From the NCBI GenBank assembly GCA_002633005.1, contig NMRA01000001.1, positions 2,148,933-2,212,932 on the forward strand: a DNA stretch of 64,000 bases, written 5' to 3'. The notes beneath the pieces were generated by a model. That model saw only the letters and a program-made list of their open reading frames with translations. It was not told the origin of the DNA and did not search any database. The first letter of the stretch is position 1. Each line of letters starts with the position of its first letter. This DNA is from Phoronis australis (taxonomy: Eukaryota; Animalia; Phoronida). Of this stretch, positions 46,804 through 59,498 are shown piece after piece. The translations under genes and the position numbers were made by a program.

Positions 46804-47909
46804 CATAAATAAACTTTCCTGCGGTTGGGAATTCTTCATTTTGATATAAGTTTCACCAACAATTTTTTAGAGTCTTATTTAGTCAGTATTCAGATAAAAA
46901 GCCTATACTCATATAATTAACAGTTTCTATCAAAAACCAAATCTGAAATCAAGTGGGAAAATTGCTTAAATATTTCTCAAGGGCACGAGTGGTGGGAAAA
47001 ATCTGTAAATAATGTCTTTGATTTTCTTCTGATAAAAGAATTAAATGGTTTCAATTTAAACTATTACATGGAATCATAAGCTGTAATTTTGCAAAGAGGA
47101 ATCTGAAGACCTAATTCATCTTTACTGGTTTTGTTCTACTATCAAATCCTTTTGGCATTCGTTCGATTGTTTTTTTTTGCAAAAACATCAGCTGCGCCTC
47201 CAGCTCTTATAGATATTTTGTTTTTGAAAATTGTCGCAACAGATGTTACTAATTTCATAATTTGTTTAACTAAATTTCACATATAAAAGTAGACTAAAGA
47301 ATTTACCCCCCTCTCCAATTTAGATTGACAAAAACAAAATTCTACATCATTATAAAGTTGAAAATGTATTTTTATAAAAACTATATTCATTGAATTTGAA
47401 AATAGATGGTCTTTTGTATATTCATTCTTTTAAAAGCTAAAAGTATCGATGTCTGTGCGAATGTGAGGTTTGCACATGGCGTGAATGACATTTTTCTAAT
47501 CTTTGTTGGCGTACATTTCATCACCGCATAATGTGACAATTTTTCTACGTGTTTAATATAATGTACATCAAGGTTGTAATCCAACAAACATAAAAAAGTA
47601 TCATGGGCAAACAACCGCAAATAGATTTTGGTTGACTGAAGAAGCAGGCTTAGATTTCTTGTCAGTTTTACCCAGAACGATCCCAAGCCATATTCTAGGA
47701 ATCAGCCAGCCGGCTCCCTAACCTTAAGAAATTGAATGCCCAAGAGCTTTAATAGCTCATTATCACTTCCTCTTTGTCCCAGGTTTCCGTCCACACAGGC
47801 ACACTTAAAGTGGAACAAGTTGATCAGAGAGGTGGGGCAAGTTGTCGCGCCCATGTCAAGTTACACGGGCTTGATTTTTGTCCTTGTGGTCACTGAGCCT
47901 GATCATCTA

Positions 47910-48066
47910 CCGTAAACGTTCGGGTTAACGCCCTGGGCGGTTAAATTGGAAAACCCAAAAAATCGGGGGTGGGCGGTTAATCAGACATGGGCGCTTAAAC
48001 GTGAAATTTCAAGAAATCCAGGGTGGGCGGTTAACTGAGCACGGGCGTTAACCCGAACGTTTATGG
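47910..48066. mobile_element. pogo/Tigger-like MITE
   Basis: TA|CCGTAAACGTTCGGGTTAACGCCC...GGGCGTTAACCCGAACGTTTATGG|TA; internal GGGCGGTTAA repeats. Confidence 0.8.
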
Positions 48067-51000
48067 TAGTTCCTGTGGCAACTCGCACTAGTTTAAATGC
48101 TGGTCTGGACTGAACTATAAAGAAGTAGCACTGACTACGTATATAAAAATGGCACCAACTCGGAAACGCCTGCATTAACAAGACAAATACAAATCACTAC
48201 GGTCACCATGTGGAATATTCAAAAGCAAGGATATGTTGATTGCACTAAGTAAAATATCAGCAACTGATCAAAAACGTCAGGGGCATAGCTGCACATTTTT
48301 GACAAGTACACACTGACCCAATAACAGTGTACCACCGAGAGCTTTATTTTTTATGAGCAGTGGTGTAGCATGGGTTTTGGGATCCTGGTGGAATATACAC
48401 CAAAATGTGCCCCTTGGGATGCTTTTCGTGACAGAAGATTTTTGTTGGACTGTCTTTTTGCCCAAACTACGATGCAATTTTTTTTGTTTTGCCAATCAGC
48501 CATGGCCAAAATATTGCAGAATATTTATCGAATTAATGCTTTTGCTCAAGTCAGAATGCAAATTACCCAGATTACATGGCCATGGAGGACTACTGGTTCT
48601 CTTCTGTGGTGACCAGAGGCAACTGACCCTCGTGCCCTTTGCTATACCACTGCAGTTCACTTAGAGCATTACTGACTGAACACAGGTGATATGACAATGC
48701 CAAATAATTTCAAAAAAAACATAACCCGTAGACCAATTTACTATGTGTTGTTGTCGATTCAACTAACTTCCCAGCACCATTTTCCTATTACTAAATCTGG
48801 CAGCTATGCCCCTCCTAAGTACACATCAAAATTTCCAAGATACAACATATGACAAATACAAGAAAACACTCCAGTCCCAAAAGACCCCAACCAATATGAG
48901 AAACTTGTAAAAACTTCACAGCTTTAAAAGACAATACCAAAAATTATCTGCAGGAAGAGTGGGATACCGGTAAAATATTTGCTCCTAAGGTGCAGGGAAG
49001 GTGGACTCAGTGACCCTTTCAACTAAACTGAACACGTTTGTACTCCCAAAAATTCTACCTTCCTACAAGCTTGACCATACTATTCAACGTACACAACATC
49101 TCGAGAACCGCAAAAATAAAATGGATAAGTAAGAAGCATGCTCATTACATGACAATATCCTTCTATAACTTACAAGGCGTTCCAATAAACCCAATATTCA
49201 TTATACGATGCTCTCTGAAGGCCTAATAACAGCCATCATTATCTTCCTGTCACTAACAATCCATAAACTATGGCACAATGAACTTCGCTGATCAGGAATG
49301 TCCACACCATACTCGCTCAAACCAAACAAAACAAAATGATGCTTGCAGCTAAGACTTATCACATATAATCAGCGGTATACATTTCATTATTTGCCCACAG
49401 TACTCCATCCAATTTTGGACGAGAGTGTGCCACTACAGGCTTTTTGCAAATGAATTTTATTGGCATCCTCCCAGTGCTCAACACTAAAATATGACACTGG
49501 TGTTTTTTATGCGACTTTTGCCCTACCGCCCCTCAACTACAAGGTGATGTCAAATAACTCAAATACTACAAAAAATGTTACTATTTATTCCTGAAACAGA
49601 ACAATAGTCATAAATTTAATGTTTCTTTCTGTTTTAGTGGTCCTATACTGCCTCAATATTTTTATCTTCAAATGACTGAGCTAATATTAGTAAAACATTA
49701 GCTAATTTTTACACACTACAGCATCGTATCAAAGAATTGAATGACCATTATCTTACTTCAGGTATGCACATTTTACAAACAACACCTATTTAACAAAAAA
49801 ATTCAATAGCTCCAAAGCCATAAATTGTGAAAACATAAAACTTTCCAAAAATATACCATTTAAACATCTCTGTACTTGTACTGCTTTAATGAAACAATAA
49901 GTTGGACAAAACCCAAAGGCCAGTATTTTGACTAAATTCACAAAATTAATTGCAGAGCTATTTTTCTATAGTTGCTAGTCCGTAATTTCCATGAATCTTG
50001 AACAAAGCTGTCTATTAAAGATGTGCACATAAACTTCACTTAAAAAGATTGTCAATGACTTCAATGGACTCATTTTGAGCCCACTTTTCATTTTCTACTT
50101 CCAGACATAGCTCCATACGTTCAAATATCAACCCCCCAAAATTCTGATAATTAGTGAACTTAAAATGTAAACAAAGTGTTTTGGTGTCAAGCTTATAAAA
50201 ACTGACCTTTCAAATATACAGTTTTGGTATTCACAATGCCATGGTGAGATAACTGATTCAGTCCACGCACCATGTTTTATGCCACGTTTGAAGATTTTAG
50301 TTTGGAAATCTTAACATGGGACCATTTGTGGGATTCTGTGAAGAAATGAGGGAAATTAACAACTTCACCTAAGAATAATTCTTATAAGAAATGACAGTCA
50401 CTCATAAACTTTTAAGAGTGTGACTGAAAAGAGGCAAAAAACTATGTGAATATAAGTCAGAGAGCTATGTCTTTTCACTAAGCCATATGTGACCAGCTCT
50501 GAAGAAGCACTGTATGACAAAGTTCTGTATGAACTTATAAGAACATTCTAATAACTTATTTACCTTTATTTTATATGTCGGTAATGGCGTACATAAAATT
50601 AATCCAAATAATCACATACTTAATCAAACACAAAATTTTGCTGGGTTTCAATGCTCAAAAGCAAAGACTTGGCAATAAATACAAGTTTCTGAGCTGCATA
50701 ATTAGCGACTAGTTGGGTTTCCTATATTGCGACTCGACCAAATAAACGTATCATTTTCGCCTGAATATTATTACATACACCAGTTAATTCTGGCTGATTG
50801 AACACGCATAATTGAAATTTATTCATGATACGCACTACAGGCACAGCTGTCGAGATACAAGAGCTTAGCATCAAAAATCGTGATGCACAACTTAAATTTC
50901 CTCAACTCTAGCCCATGATTAGACCTTTATAAGAATATGTAATGTTGAAAATCTGGCAACAGATGCACTGCGTTCAATTTTGATTCCGTTGCATTCAAGC

Positions 51001-52404
51001 AGGCAGAATAGAATCTTGTGGTGCGGATTTAACACACTGAGCAACTACCTGATCATAGACAAATACAATTGTTAGCACACATGGTTATTTGTTCCAAGCC
51101 CATTGTGCTTTTCACATGCGTTTAACATTTTAGTTTCATCCGTAGCAATGAAGAAATGGATTTTTGAAGATCCAGAATTCATACACCGATGTTGACTCCA
51201 TGCGTTTTACAGAACACAAAGTTTTATTCCATCTCTTTGAATGCAACAAACTAGATTGTACACGTCCAATCAGCTTTCCAACAGTACCTGTTTGAACGAA
51301 GGACTGTTACTAAAATATACTTTATAACATTACATAAGAATAATAATAGCTAATGCTTAAAATATATTAAGATCATAACCAAACAGCAGCAATAGACTAC
51401 AATAGTTAATTAGTGAAATTAGCACCTTGCACTGCAGCAGGAGAAATATACCGTGAGAATTAACTATTTTATTCCTCTAGACTTTTCAGCGTATGGAAAA
51501 TGAAAATTTTCAGATACTGCAACATTCAGCTTTGAATGCTTCAACTTTCTACAGATAATACATCCATCCAACAACTGTAAGTGTTTGGATAATGCGATAT
51601 GAGAATTCAAAACAGCATTCGACGCAATAAACTTTAGATCTGTTAACATCAGCCAGCCTGGGAGAAACTACAGCAAAACTTGCATAAGTCGGATCCAACC
51701 AGTCCGAGACATCACATCTGAGCCAGGTGAAATCCGAATTAACTGAAGGCCAGTGTGCACGAACTAGAACAACTATACCACTGAACTTTGTCCGAGTTAA
51801 GCAAAAATCTGACCCATGCATATCTGACTTGTGACCTTTACTGCACATGGAGCTATAAGCAAAATGTACCTTGCATAGGTACAAAGCCAGCAACAATTTT
51901 AAACATGACAGAACCATCGCTACCCCCATTTGGCCACCACCAAGTTACTGATAGTGGGTTTATGCCATCAAATACACAGGCTTAGACTTTAGTGGCCTGA
52001 ACATAATGACCCAGTTGATTTAACCAAGTCTGACAAAAAGATTGGCCATCAACAGAGGGCCAAATGTTTGTCATCAGCCTCACCACACCAACGGGGGTAG
52101 CAATGGTATTGCCATGGTTATTTTACAAAGCTATTTTCCCATCTTGAGGCAAAGTCACTGACACCGTGAAACACAAACAAAAGATGAACATTAAAAATTC
52201 TGACTCATCTGTTCATTGTGTAAACCGAGTATACTGGCGCATAGGAAACAGTTGTAGCATCTTGACCAGAGTCATTTTCATCTGTAAACTGCACCATGCC
52301 AAAGACACTCTCCTCATATGTTGGAGCTGCAAAGCAAGTTACAATGATGATAAAAAATTTGTTGGAATTTTACTCAAAGTTTGGTGACAGATGTAGCGTT
52401 GGAA

Positions 52405-55400
52405 CTATGCTGAAAATGAAACAACATTTAGTTGAAAATTTTTGAAAAATATGAACTTCCACTTGACATCTGCCATATTCTGTCCTAAACAGTTTTTACC
52501 CTTGAATCTTTTCGAGACAATTTGTGATGTAATGTCATGGGTAGTAAAGGATTGCCTTAATGCTCACAGGCCAGTTTATACACTGCTGCCAGATAACTTA
52601 ATTATGTGGCAGATTGACCACAGATGGCGCTAATAATTTCCAGCACTACTACTGGAAAGAACCCCTTTGATTTGTCTGCACTGAAAATATAAACTATAAC
52701 CAGTTCAACTAATCTGCAATTATCCAGCTGAACTTGTTCATACAGTCATGTCCACAGGTCTTTAACCTCACCTAAGGTTCTCGGTGCCCATTTTTAAATT
52801 TGAAATTCTCTCAGTAAAAGGACGCTTTCAACCATTAAATTCTGGAAATTTTTTGAAATCAAAATAGCTGCAAACTCCTGCAAGACGGCTATCTTTATAG
52901 TCTTTAAAAATAAAAGTGGCTATTTCTCCTGACAACCCCGACAAATAAGATCATTTTCACCCATTACCACTTAAGGCCATTTGCATTGGTCAACCAGGTT
53001 AGTGTTACAACCCAGGCTGCCAAACAACTCTAATATTAAACCAAACAACCCTTGTCTTTGCCGCAACTCCAAGCTGCACCAGTTGCCTTTGGGAACCCAT
53101 TCTTACTCAATTAACGTCATGAATGAGGAGTTTGTTACTAAGTTGCCAAGCCACTTTAGATACTTTTGGGTAGCTCTATAAAAAAACATCGCAACAAGTG
53201 ATGTAGGTGGGTGTTTTTTTATTTAAGCAGTAAGTTGGGGGCAGGCCAGAAGCAATGAAGTTCCTCCCTTTGGGAGTTGATGGACTACTTACGCAGATCT
53301 CCTACAGCAGCAGCATAGGATGGTGGAAGAACTCCAATGGATTCCATCTCCAGCATGTCTGAAGGTGGCGCTGTTGGTGTGGGCCGAGGCTGCTGGGTAA
53401 CGACCGGTCGAAATGGCACTGTACCAAGGACAATTTCAGAGTTGATTTCAAAAGTGGACGTTGTCCAGCCAGGATCAACTTCAAACTGGAAAAATACAAA
53501 TAAATTACTTACTACTCCTAACTAATTCGGACTATACATTACAATGTACAGGGTGACACTGTTAGCTTAACGTTATTTCTGAAGAACAATAACGAACTTG
53601 TTACTGATGTAAGAGTACACTGCTTCACCAGTATCACACCAGACACGTTTCACCACTAAGTCCTAAGTCATCCATTCTTATTCTTACTATAAAACATGAC
53701 ATTGTTCACAAATAAATGCACAACAATGACCCAAAGGTCAACACAAACCCAAGTTTCAAGAGTTAGAAGACCGTTATATAGAAAAATTGAAAATGATTTT
53801 CGGAAAATGCTAGCAAACACAAGTACAAGCAGCAACTGTCTATCATCTGAAATTAACATAAACTGACAGCTACCTGATAATTAGCTGCTTTAATTAACAG
53901 CAAGGAATGTCTAATAGCACAAATATTTTTCCCTTTTTGTATTTTTTACTATCACCGTTAACTTTTACTTTTCATGGATTGTAAAATCTGTAGGATCCGT
54001 TCACGAAAACAGTGTTTTACACCACAACAAATCCTGGTTTGACTAACTTTAAATGAGTACGACACGTCAATAATCTGACAACCCTGGAGACGTGACGGAG
54101 GAAGTGCAGGAATGTGGAGCAGCACATCGTCCCAGACGCAAGTAGTCCCGCCAAGAACTTGACCCTTCCCACAGCTGGCAACTACAGACGACGTAGATTT
54201 TGGTTTTAGATCACTAGATGAGAACAAGCCGTCAGACTTGCCATAGAATGTAACGTGCTGCAACAGTCCAACAGAAATTATGTCACAATGACTAAATGTA
54301 CTTTAAGTCCGGTAACACAACAACTACACCCACATTTCATCCTAATATGGACACAGAGGTCATTTTGCTAAAGTAACCTGTGAAATAAGACGTGTAGGCA
54401 ATGACCTACTTGCAAAAGTGGATGCTTATATACATCCGAAAGAAGTCCGATAAAAGTCACAGTTTTAGGTTTTATGAATGCTTTCACGCCAGTTAATTTA
54501 GAAGCAAGAAATTTCCCGCTTTCATACAAATGACTTGATCTAAAGATCTCAGGGATTGTGCTAGTGAAAGTCTGTGTTCCTATGATGTTAGCTTTTCCTT
54601 GACTTTAAATGAGCCTTTGCATGCCACCAACCTAGTAACAGTTACCCTTACCTGAAGTAGATACGCTCTAGAAGCATCCACAGTAGTGTTACTGTCATTT
54701 TGTATAGTTGCATTAATACGTATAGACTCTCCGGGCACAAAGCCCTTTTTGTCGATCACAACGTCTGCCATCACATGACCCGAAACGCAGCAACACCAAC
54801 TCACGTCTGTAGTTTTCCGACCACTGACCGAAGACTGGAAAGCATAAACCATGATAATTATAAACAAAATTTGCACCAAGAAATTTGCTACTTGTCAAAT
54901 GTTTACTACATCACATTTACTGCAAATGCTCACTAAGTTTTGCCCAATCTTATTTGGTGACAGACGTACCATAAAAACTGTGCTCACCACAAAGTGAAAT
55001 TTTCTTCTCAGTTATTTTTGTTTAGAACTTTGCCACAATGACATTGCCCTTACCTGCCTTCCAATTTTAAACTAATTCTGAATTCATTATCAATTTCTGA
55101 AGCTGCCTTTATCGCGTTTACAATCATTCTCCTCTCCACTATTTCACACAAAATGAATTAAATAAATTTCTCTGAGTGACACCACACTAAACCAGGTCAC
55201 ACCTTTCACCTCATTTGGAACAGCATGAAATGTCCCATATTTGAATGGATTACATCAAGTGGTGAAGATACAGTGTTCAGACATTATCAACACAATTCAA
55301 GAGGCCTGCATTACTATAATTAATGACTGAGTATTGCATTCATATTTCCTGAAGTGCAAACCTAACTGTGTGTAAATTATATGAGGCGAGAAATTCCCAC

Positions 55401-58400
55401 CAAGTAGCCTTATGTAAGGATATTCCTGACCAGATTTGAATCTGTGCCCTTAGGGCGTACCTAATGATAATGATAAAAAATGCCATTTTTTCAAAAAGTT
55501 GTGCCTAGCAGACTTAGCGAAATTAAAGTGGTAACATATGAAATAGAAACTCCAAGGCAATCAAAATAAGAACAGACTCATGTTGATGAAAAAGTTGCAT
55601 TTTTATTTAAAAAGTTCCATACAAAAAGGCAATCTGACAAAGACTCCAAACAGACTGTTCAACTGTGGCAGAATAAGAACATAATCATGCTAAGTAAAAT
55701 CTGACATGCCAAATCAAAAAGCAGGCAATCTGACAAAGTCTTCAAACAGACTGTTCAACTGTGGCAGAATAAGAACACAGTCATGCTAAGTAAAATCTGA
55801 CATGCCAAATCAAAAAGCAGGCAATCTGACAAAGACTTCTAAAGTTTAATTTTGATCATTCAATCTTGCATTTTTTGATGAGTGTTGCATTTTAACAGAT
55901 GCACCCAAGATGGGGTGGCGCACTGCTGCTATGTACTTGCGACAGGAATATCCTTCCTTATGCAAAATTTCGTGTGTGCGAATTGAGATAAGTGTGCTAA
56001 ACAAGTGGAGAATTACCGCCGTTTGTTTAAAATTTTTAATGCTCAATTTACAGGGCTTGGAATGACCAATGACAAAAAACGCGGAAACTTTTACGGCCCA
56101 AATCATGCGCGCTACCCAGCCTTGAAGTGGTCGATGTGAACCCCGACAAAAATCGGGAGGACTGAAAAAAAAAAAACGTTACCACCATCAGTAGCATGCG
56201 TCTGCGTCCTTTTAGATCGCCCGTCGACTCCCAATCCACACACTTTTGGCTGCAGAGCCGTAGTATTTGTCGCCGCGGTTTACAGTAACACAAGACACCA
56301 TTGAAAATCCCACCACGCTATCCCAGATGCCCCGGCAATGTTGACAATTTACGTTCCTCCGAAACATAAAGAGCAACTTCCGCCTTTCGAGGTGAACGTT
56401 GTCTGCAACACCGCGGTAAGAAAGGAATTTGCCGCGGAAATTTTATATCAAATCCGATTTTTTTACGCGGAAATATTATAAAATGCGCGGAAAGAACATT
56501 TGAAAAAAGCGGAAATCCGCGTTTCTGCGGAAAATTCCAAGCCCTGAATTTAACATGATTAAAACCATGTTCTCAAATTAAATTAAATTTACTACGGTGA
56601 CCACGATGTTTAGACATTAAGTACAATCACAAAACTACGATATTTCACCTGTAAGTGTGGCTCATTGTTCAGATCCAGTACACTGAGGACACTGAATGGC
56701 CTGACTATGGTTCTGTTGGCTTTCCAAGGCTTAATGATGGATACTTTTGTCAGATATCTTATGTAGCCATAGTGTCCTTCGAAGGAAGAAGGCAGGTTAG
56801 ATGCCAGCGGAAATGAGAAAGGGTAGGTGTGTTGACCAGCTGAGTGCATGCTAGAGCGATCACCTGTTGAATAAATGATTAAGATATAAAAAATATCATT
56901 TGAAGCTGGATTCCAAATGTAATAACGAAGAAGTACTCCAGGATTAACCAGGAACTACCCATGACATTTCTAAACACAAAAATGGACATGTTAATCAGGC
57001 GAGCGACCAAAGCAAATATTTTACAACAGACAAGCACAGTGAAGATGAGTAATTAATTATCGTGATGTCGATGTCCAGTATTGGGAATCCAGAAATTTCC
57101 ATCATTTCATTTTTGCGCAATGGCATCCAGTTATTGAACATGTCATTTTATGCCCTAATGATGGGAAACACATTAAAAAATCCTGGAATTTCCCTTTAAG
57201 CGAGATTACGTTAACTCCCAGCTTAACTCAGTGTTATGTTAGAACAAGCATTAATTTTAGTGGCAAGTGGCACTTTCATGCTCTGAATAATGACTGCATT
57301 ATGTCCAGGGTGGTGGTCACAGGTGGTATTATTGGCACGTAAAATGTTTCAAATGTGTTGGATTACAACCTGAGTCCAATTTCACTTTCACTTCAAAAAC
57401 ACTTCCTGAACATAGTACAGAAGTATATGATATTGAGCTACAAGATGAATGCAACAAGCCTTTTGATATTCCACACAACACAAATTAAGCATATCCGTCA
57501 AAAAGTGAGAAAAGATTGCACGAGAGTGATGAGCTCGTCAGATGTGTAACCTATGCAACCAACTGGCGTCATATCATTGCAGCCTGTGAGCAAATTCCCA
57601 GTGTGCAAGACGAGCCAAGATAACAAGGACGGGACCCGATTTCCTTGAATATCCCACTGCACAACAATGGAAATTTGATGGCATGACGGTCATAAAGAAT
57701 TTATAAAAATGTTGGAAAATATCCCACTACATTAAATCCATGCAGGAATGCAGAAAGCTGTCCACTAACTATGTCTACTGACATCTTGTGACACGGTGAA
57801 GTTCCTCATGTTCGCGCTATATCGGAAAATGGTTATTGAAAATATTTACACATGAGAAAACACATAGTCTCCAGTCTAGCATTGGTGGGGCTTGACATAA
57901 ATGAACATTGAACATGTCTAACAAACCTGATCCGAATAATATGATGGTGTGTTGGAAGAAGTTTTCTGAGGCTCTGTAATGTGTAGTGTTGTTATTGCCT
58001 CTGTTCTTGTACCAGTGAACTTTAGACATGCCAGAGAAAAACATCTTCAGACCTGTACACAACACAAAAATAATTGGAAAAACAAAGTGAAAAAGCAGCA
58101 TCTTTACTGTAAATAACTAAACATTGTTTATGCTGACATAATAAACAATTTTTAACTAGTAAGAATGACATTCTCAACTGATAAGAAGAGGGATTGGTTC
58201 AAACAAGCTTCCACATCTACTGTAGCCCATGGACTGCTTTCTAAACATGGTGTACGTTGCATTCCCAGTTCCAAAACAGAATAGTTGAGGATTGTAAAAA
58301 AGGTTTTGCACGAATGATATTGGGAATTTCATACTCACACATGATCTGGGTCTCCTTCGGAATATGAAAATAACCAAAGACGAAGTGAATAATAAACCTA

Positions 58401-59498
58401 AATTTCATAAACTATCCAGTTTTAAAGCTTAGAACAAATCAAGCTCAGTTCATACTTTTGAAAAACATTCAGTAATTTCAGCAGCACACAGAAGCACCTC
58501 ATATAGTCATCTGCACTCATGTTACTGACTTACTGTTGTCTCCTGCTATAGAGGCCTTTCTGAATTGCTTACTGATGAGCAATTGCTCCTTGACTGAACA
58601 GTTTTGACACAAGACTCTGGTTCAATTCCCAGATGGACCAAGAAAAAGTTCTTAAATGAGTTTATATCTGGACAACTAAGGTGAGACCCACAACCTTGAG
58701 ATGCATGTAGAGGGTGTTGGCATGCTGGTGGTGGATCCAGAACACATGGAGAGCAAATTCTAGGACACGGCAAGTCATACTGATAGAAAATTTCATGAGA
58801 CCAGGGTTGACTTCCTAAAAACATTTTGAGGTGGTGATAAAGTAAAAGTGGACAGGCCCCCCATCAGTACTGCCTCCTTTTGGCATGGCTAGCAGACTGG
58901 TATCCTCTCCATATCCCTCTGTACATTTCTGTTTAATATCAAGCAGATTTACTGTAATGGCATTCAATCTTCAATTCATTGACATAATGAAGGACTGTAT
59001 GAAAAACTTATTGACTGCATCGGTAATTGTTTGAGTTAGAAGAATTTGAAGACTCCAACTGCTGCCAAAGGCGTCCATCTATCTATCCTTAAAATGTCCG
59101 TACAGTGATGTACTTGCTAGTTTAGCCAGGGTTAAGTGCAATTCACACAAAAATCATCCGGCGTATAGGCTTGATAAGGATGTGCTGTTGCCTACTACAT
59201 TACATGATTTAACGTATTTTATTTAAAGGCCTCTCTAAATTACACCTTCACATGCAGTTGCTCTTTGGACAATATGTTTTGGATCCGAGACTTTAGTTAA
59301 GGGGACCTCAACTTCCATTCAAGAGCAAATAATAGGCTGAACTGAACTCTTACAAATTCAAAAAAATAATTTCAACTTACACATCATTTTCATTGGCTTT
59401 GCCAGATCCAACGCAATATGGCCTTCCACAGCTGATCCAGCCATAAAGGCACCTTGTGGCGAATTGAACACAACTTCAAATCGTCTGATCTTTCCCAT
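52405..59498 (-). CDS. Arrestin domain-containing protein (alpha-arrestin, ARRDC3/TXNIP-like family), about 349-359 aa
   Basis: Exons 59498-59381, 58052-57927, 56863-56649, 54834-54652, 54257-54048, 53485-53293, plus a terminal exon starting at 52409 (stop 52405) or 52404 (stop 52370). Motifs: G.SKVHW, GQHTYPFSFPLASNLPSSFEGHYGYIRY, KKGFVPGESI, IPALPPSRLQGCQIIDVSY, IVLGTVP, PPSY. Confidence 0.9.
53293..53485 (-). CDS. ARRDC-like exon 6
   Basis: FEVDPG...IVLGTVP...LPPSYAAAV. Confidence 0.88.
54048..54257 (-). CDS. ARRDC-like exon 5
   Basis: HVTFYG...LHIPALPPSRLQGCQIIDVSY. Confidence 0.9.
54652..54834 (-). CDS. ARRDC-like exon 4
   Basis: WCCCVSGHV...KKGFVPGESI. Confidence 0.9.
55627..55839. 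repeat. 96-bp tandem repeat, about 2.2 copies
   Basis: AGGCAATCTGACAAAG recurs at 55627, 55723 and 55819. Confidence 0.88.
56051..56546. mobile_element. hAT-like MITE with 6-bp TSD
   Basis: TIR CAGGGCTTGGAAT / ATTCCAAGCCCTG; TSD AATTTA; subterminal GCGGAAA repeats. Confidence 0.8.
56649..56863 (-). CDS. ARRDC-like exon 3
   Basis: GQHTYPFSF...LPSSFEGHYGYIRY...LDLN. Confidence 0.92.
57927..58052 (-). CDS. ARRDC-like exon 2
   Basis: LKMFFSGMSKVHW...HYRASENFF. Confidence 0.88.
59381..59498 (-). CDS. ARRDC-like coding exon 1
   Basis: MGKIRRFEVVFNSPQGAFMAGSAVEGHIALDLAKPMKM; T|GTAAGT. Confidence 0.88.

Noticed and set aside
51549-51929. 126-aa minus-strand ORF with a signal-peptide-like start
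   Set aside because: No recognisable domain or splice support; lies in the probable 3' UTR of the arrestin gene.
58565-58600. Hammerhead ribozyme (CTGATGAG plus hairpin); similar cores at 18281, 26593 and 41242
   Set aside because: No correctly placed GAAA after a paired stem II and no stems I/III.
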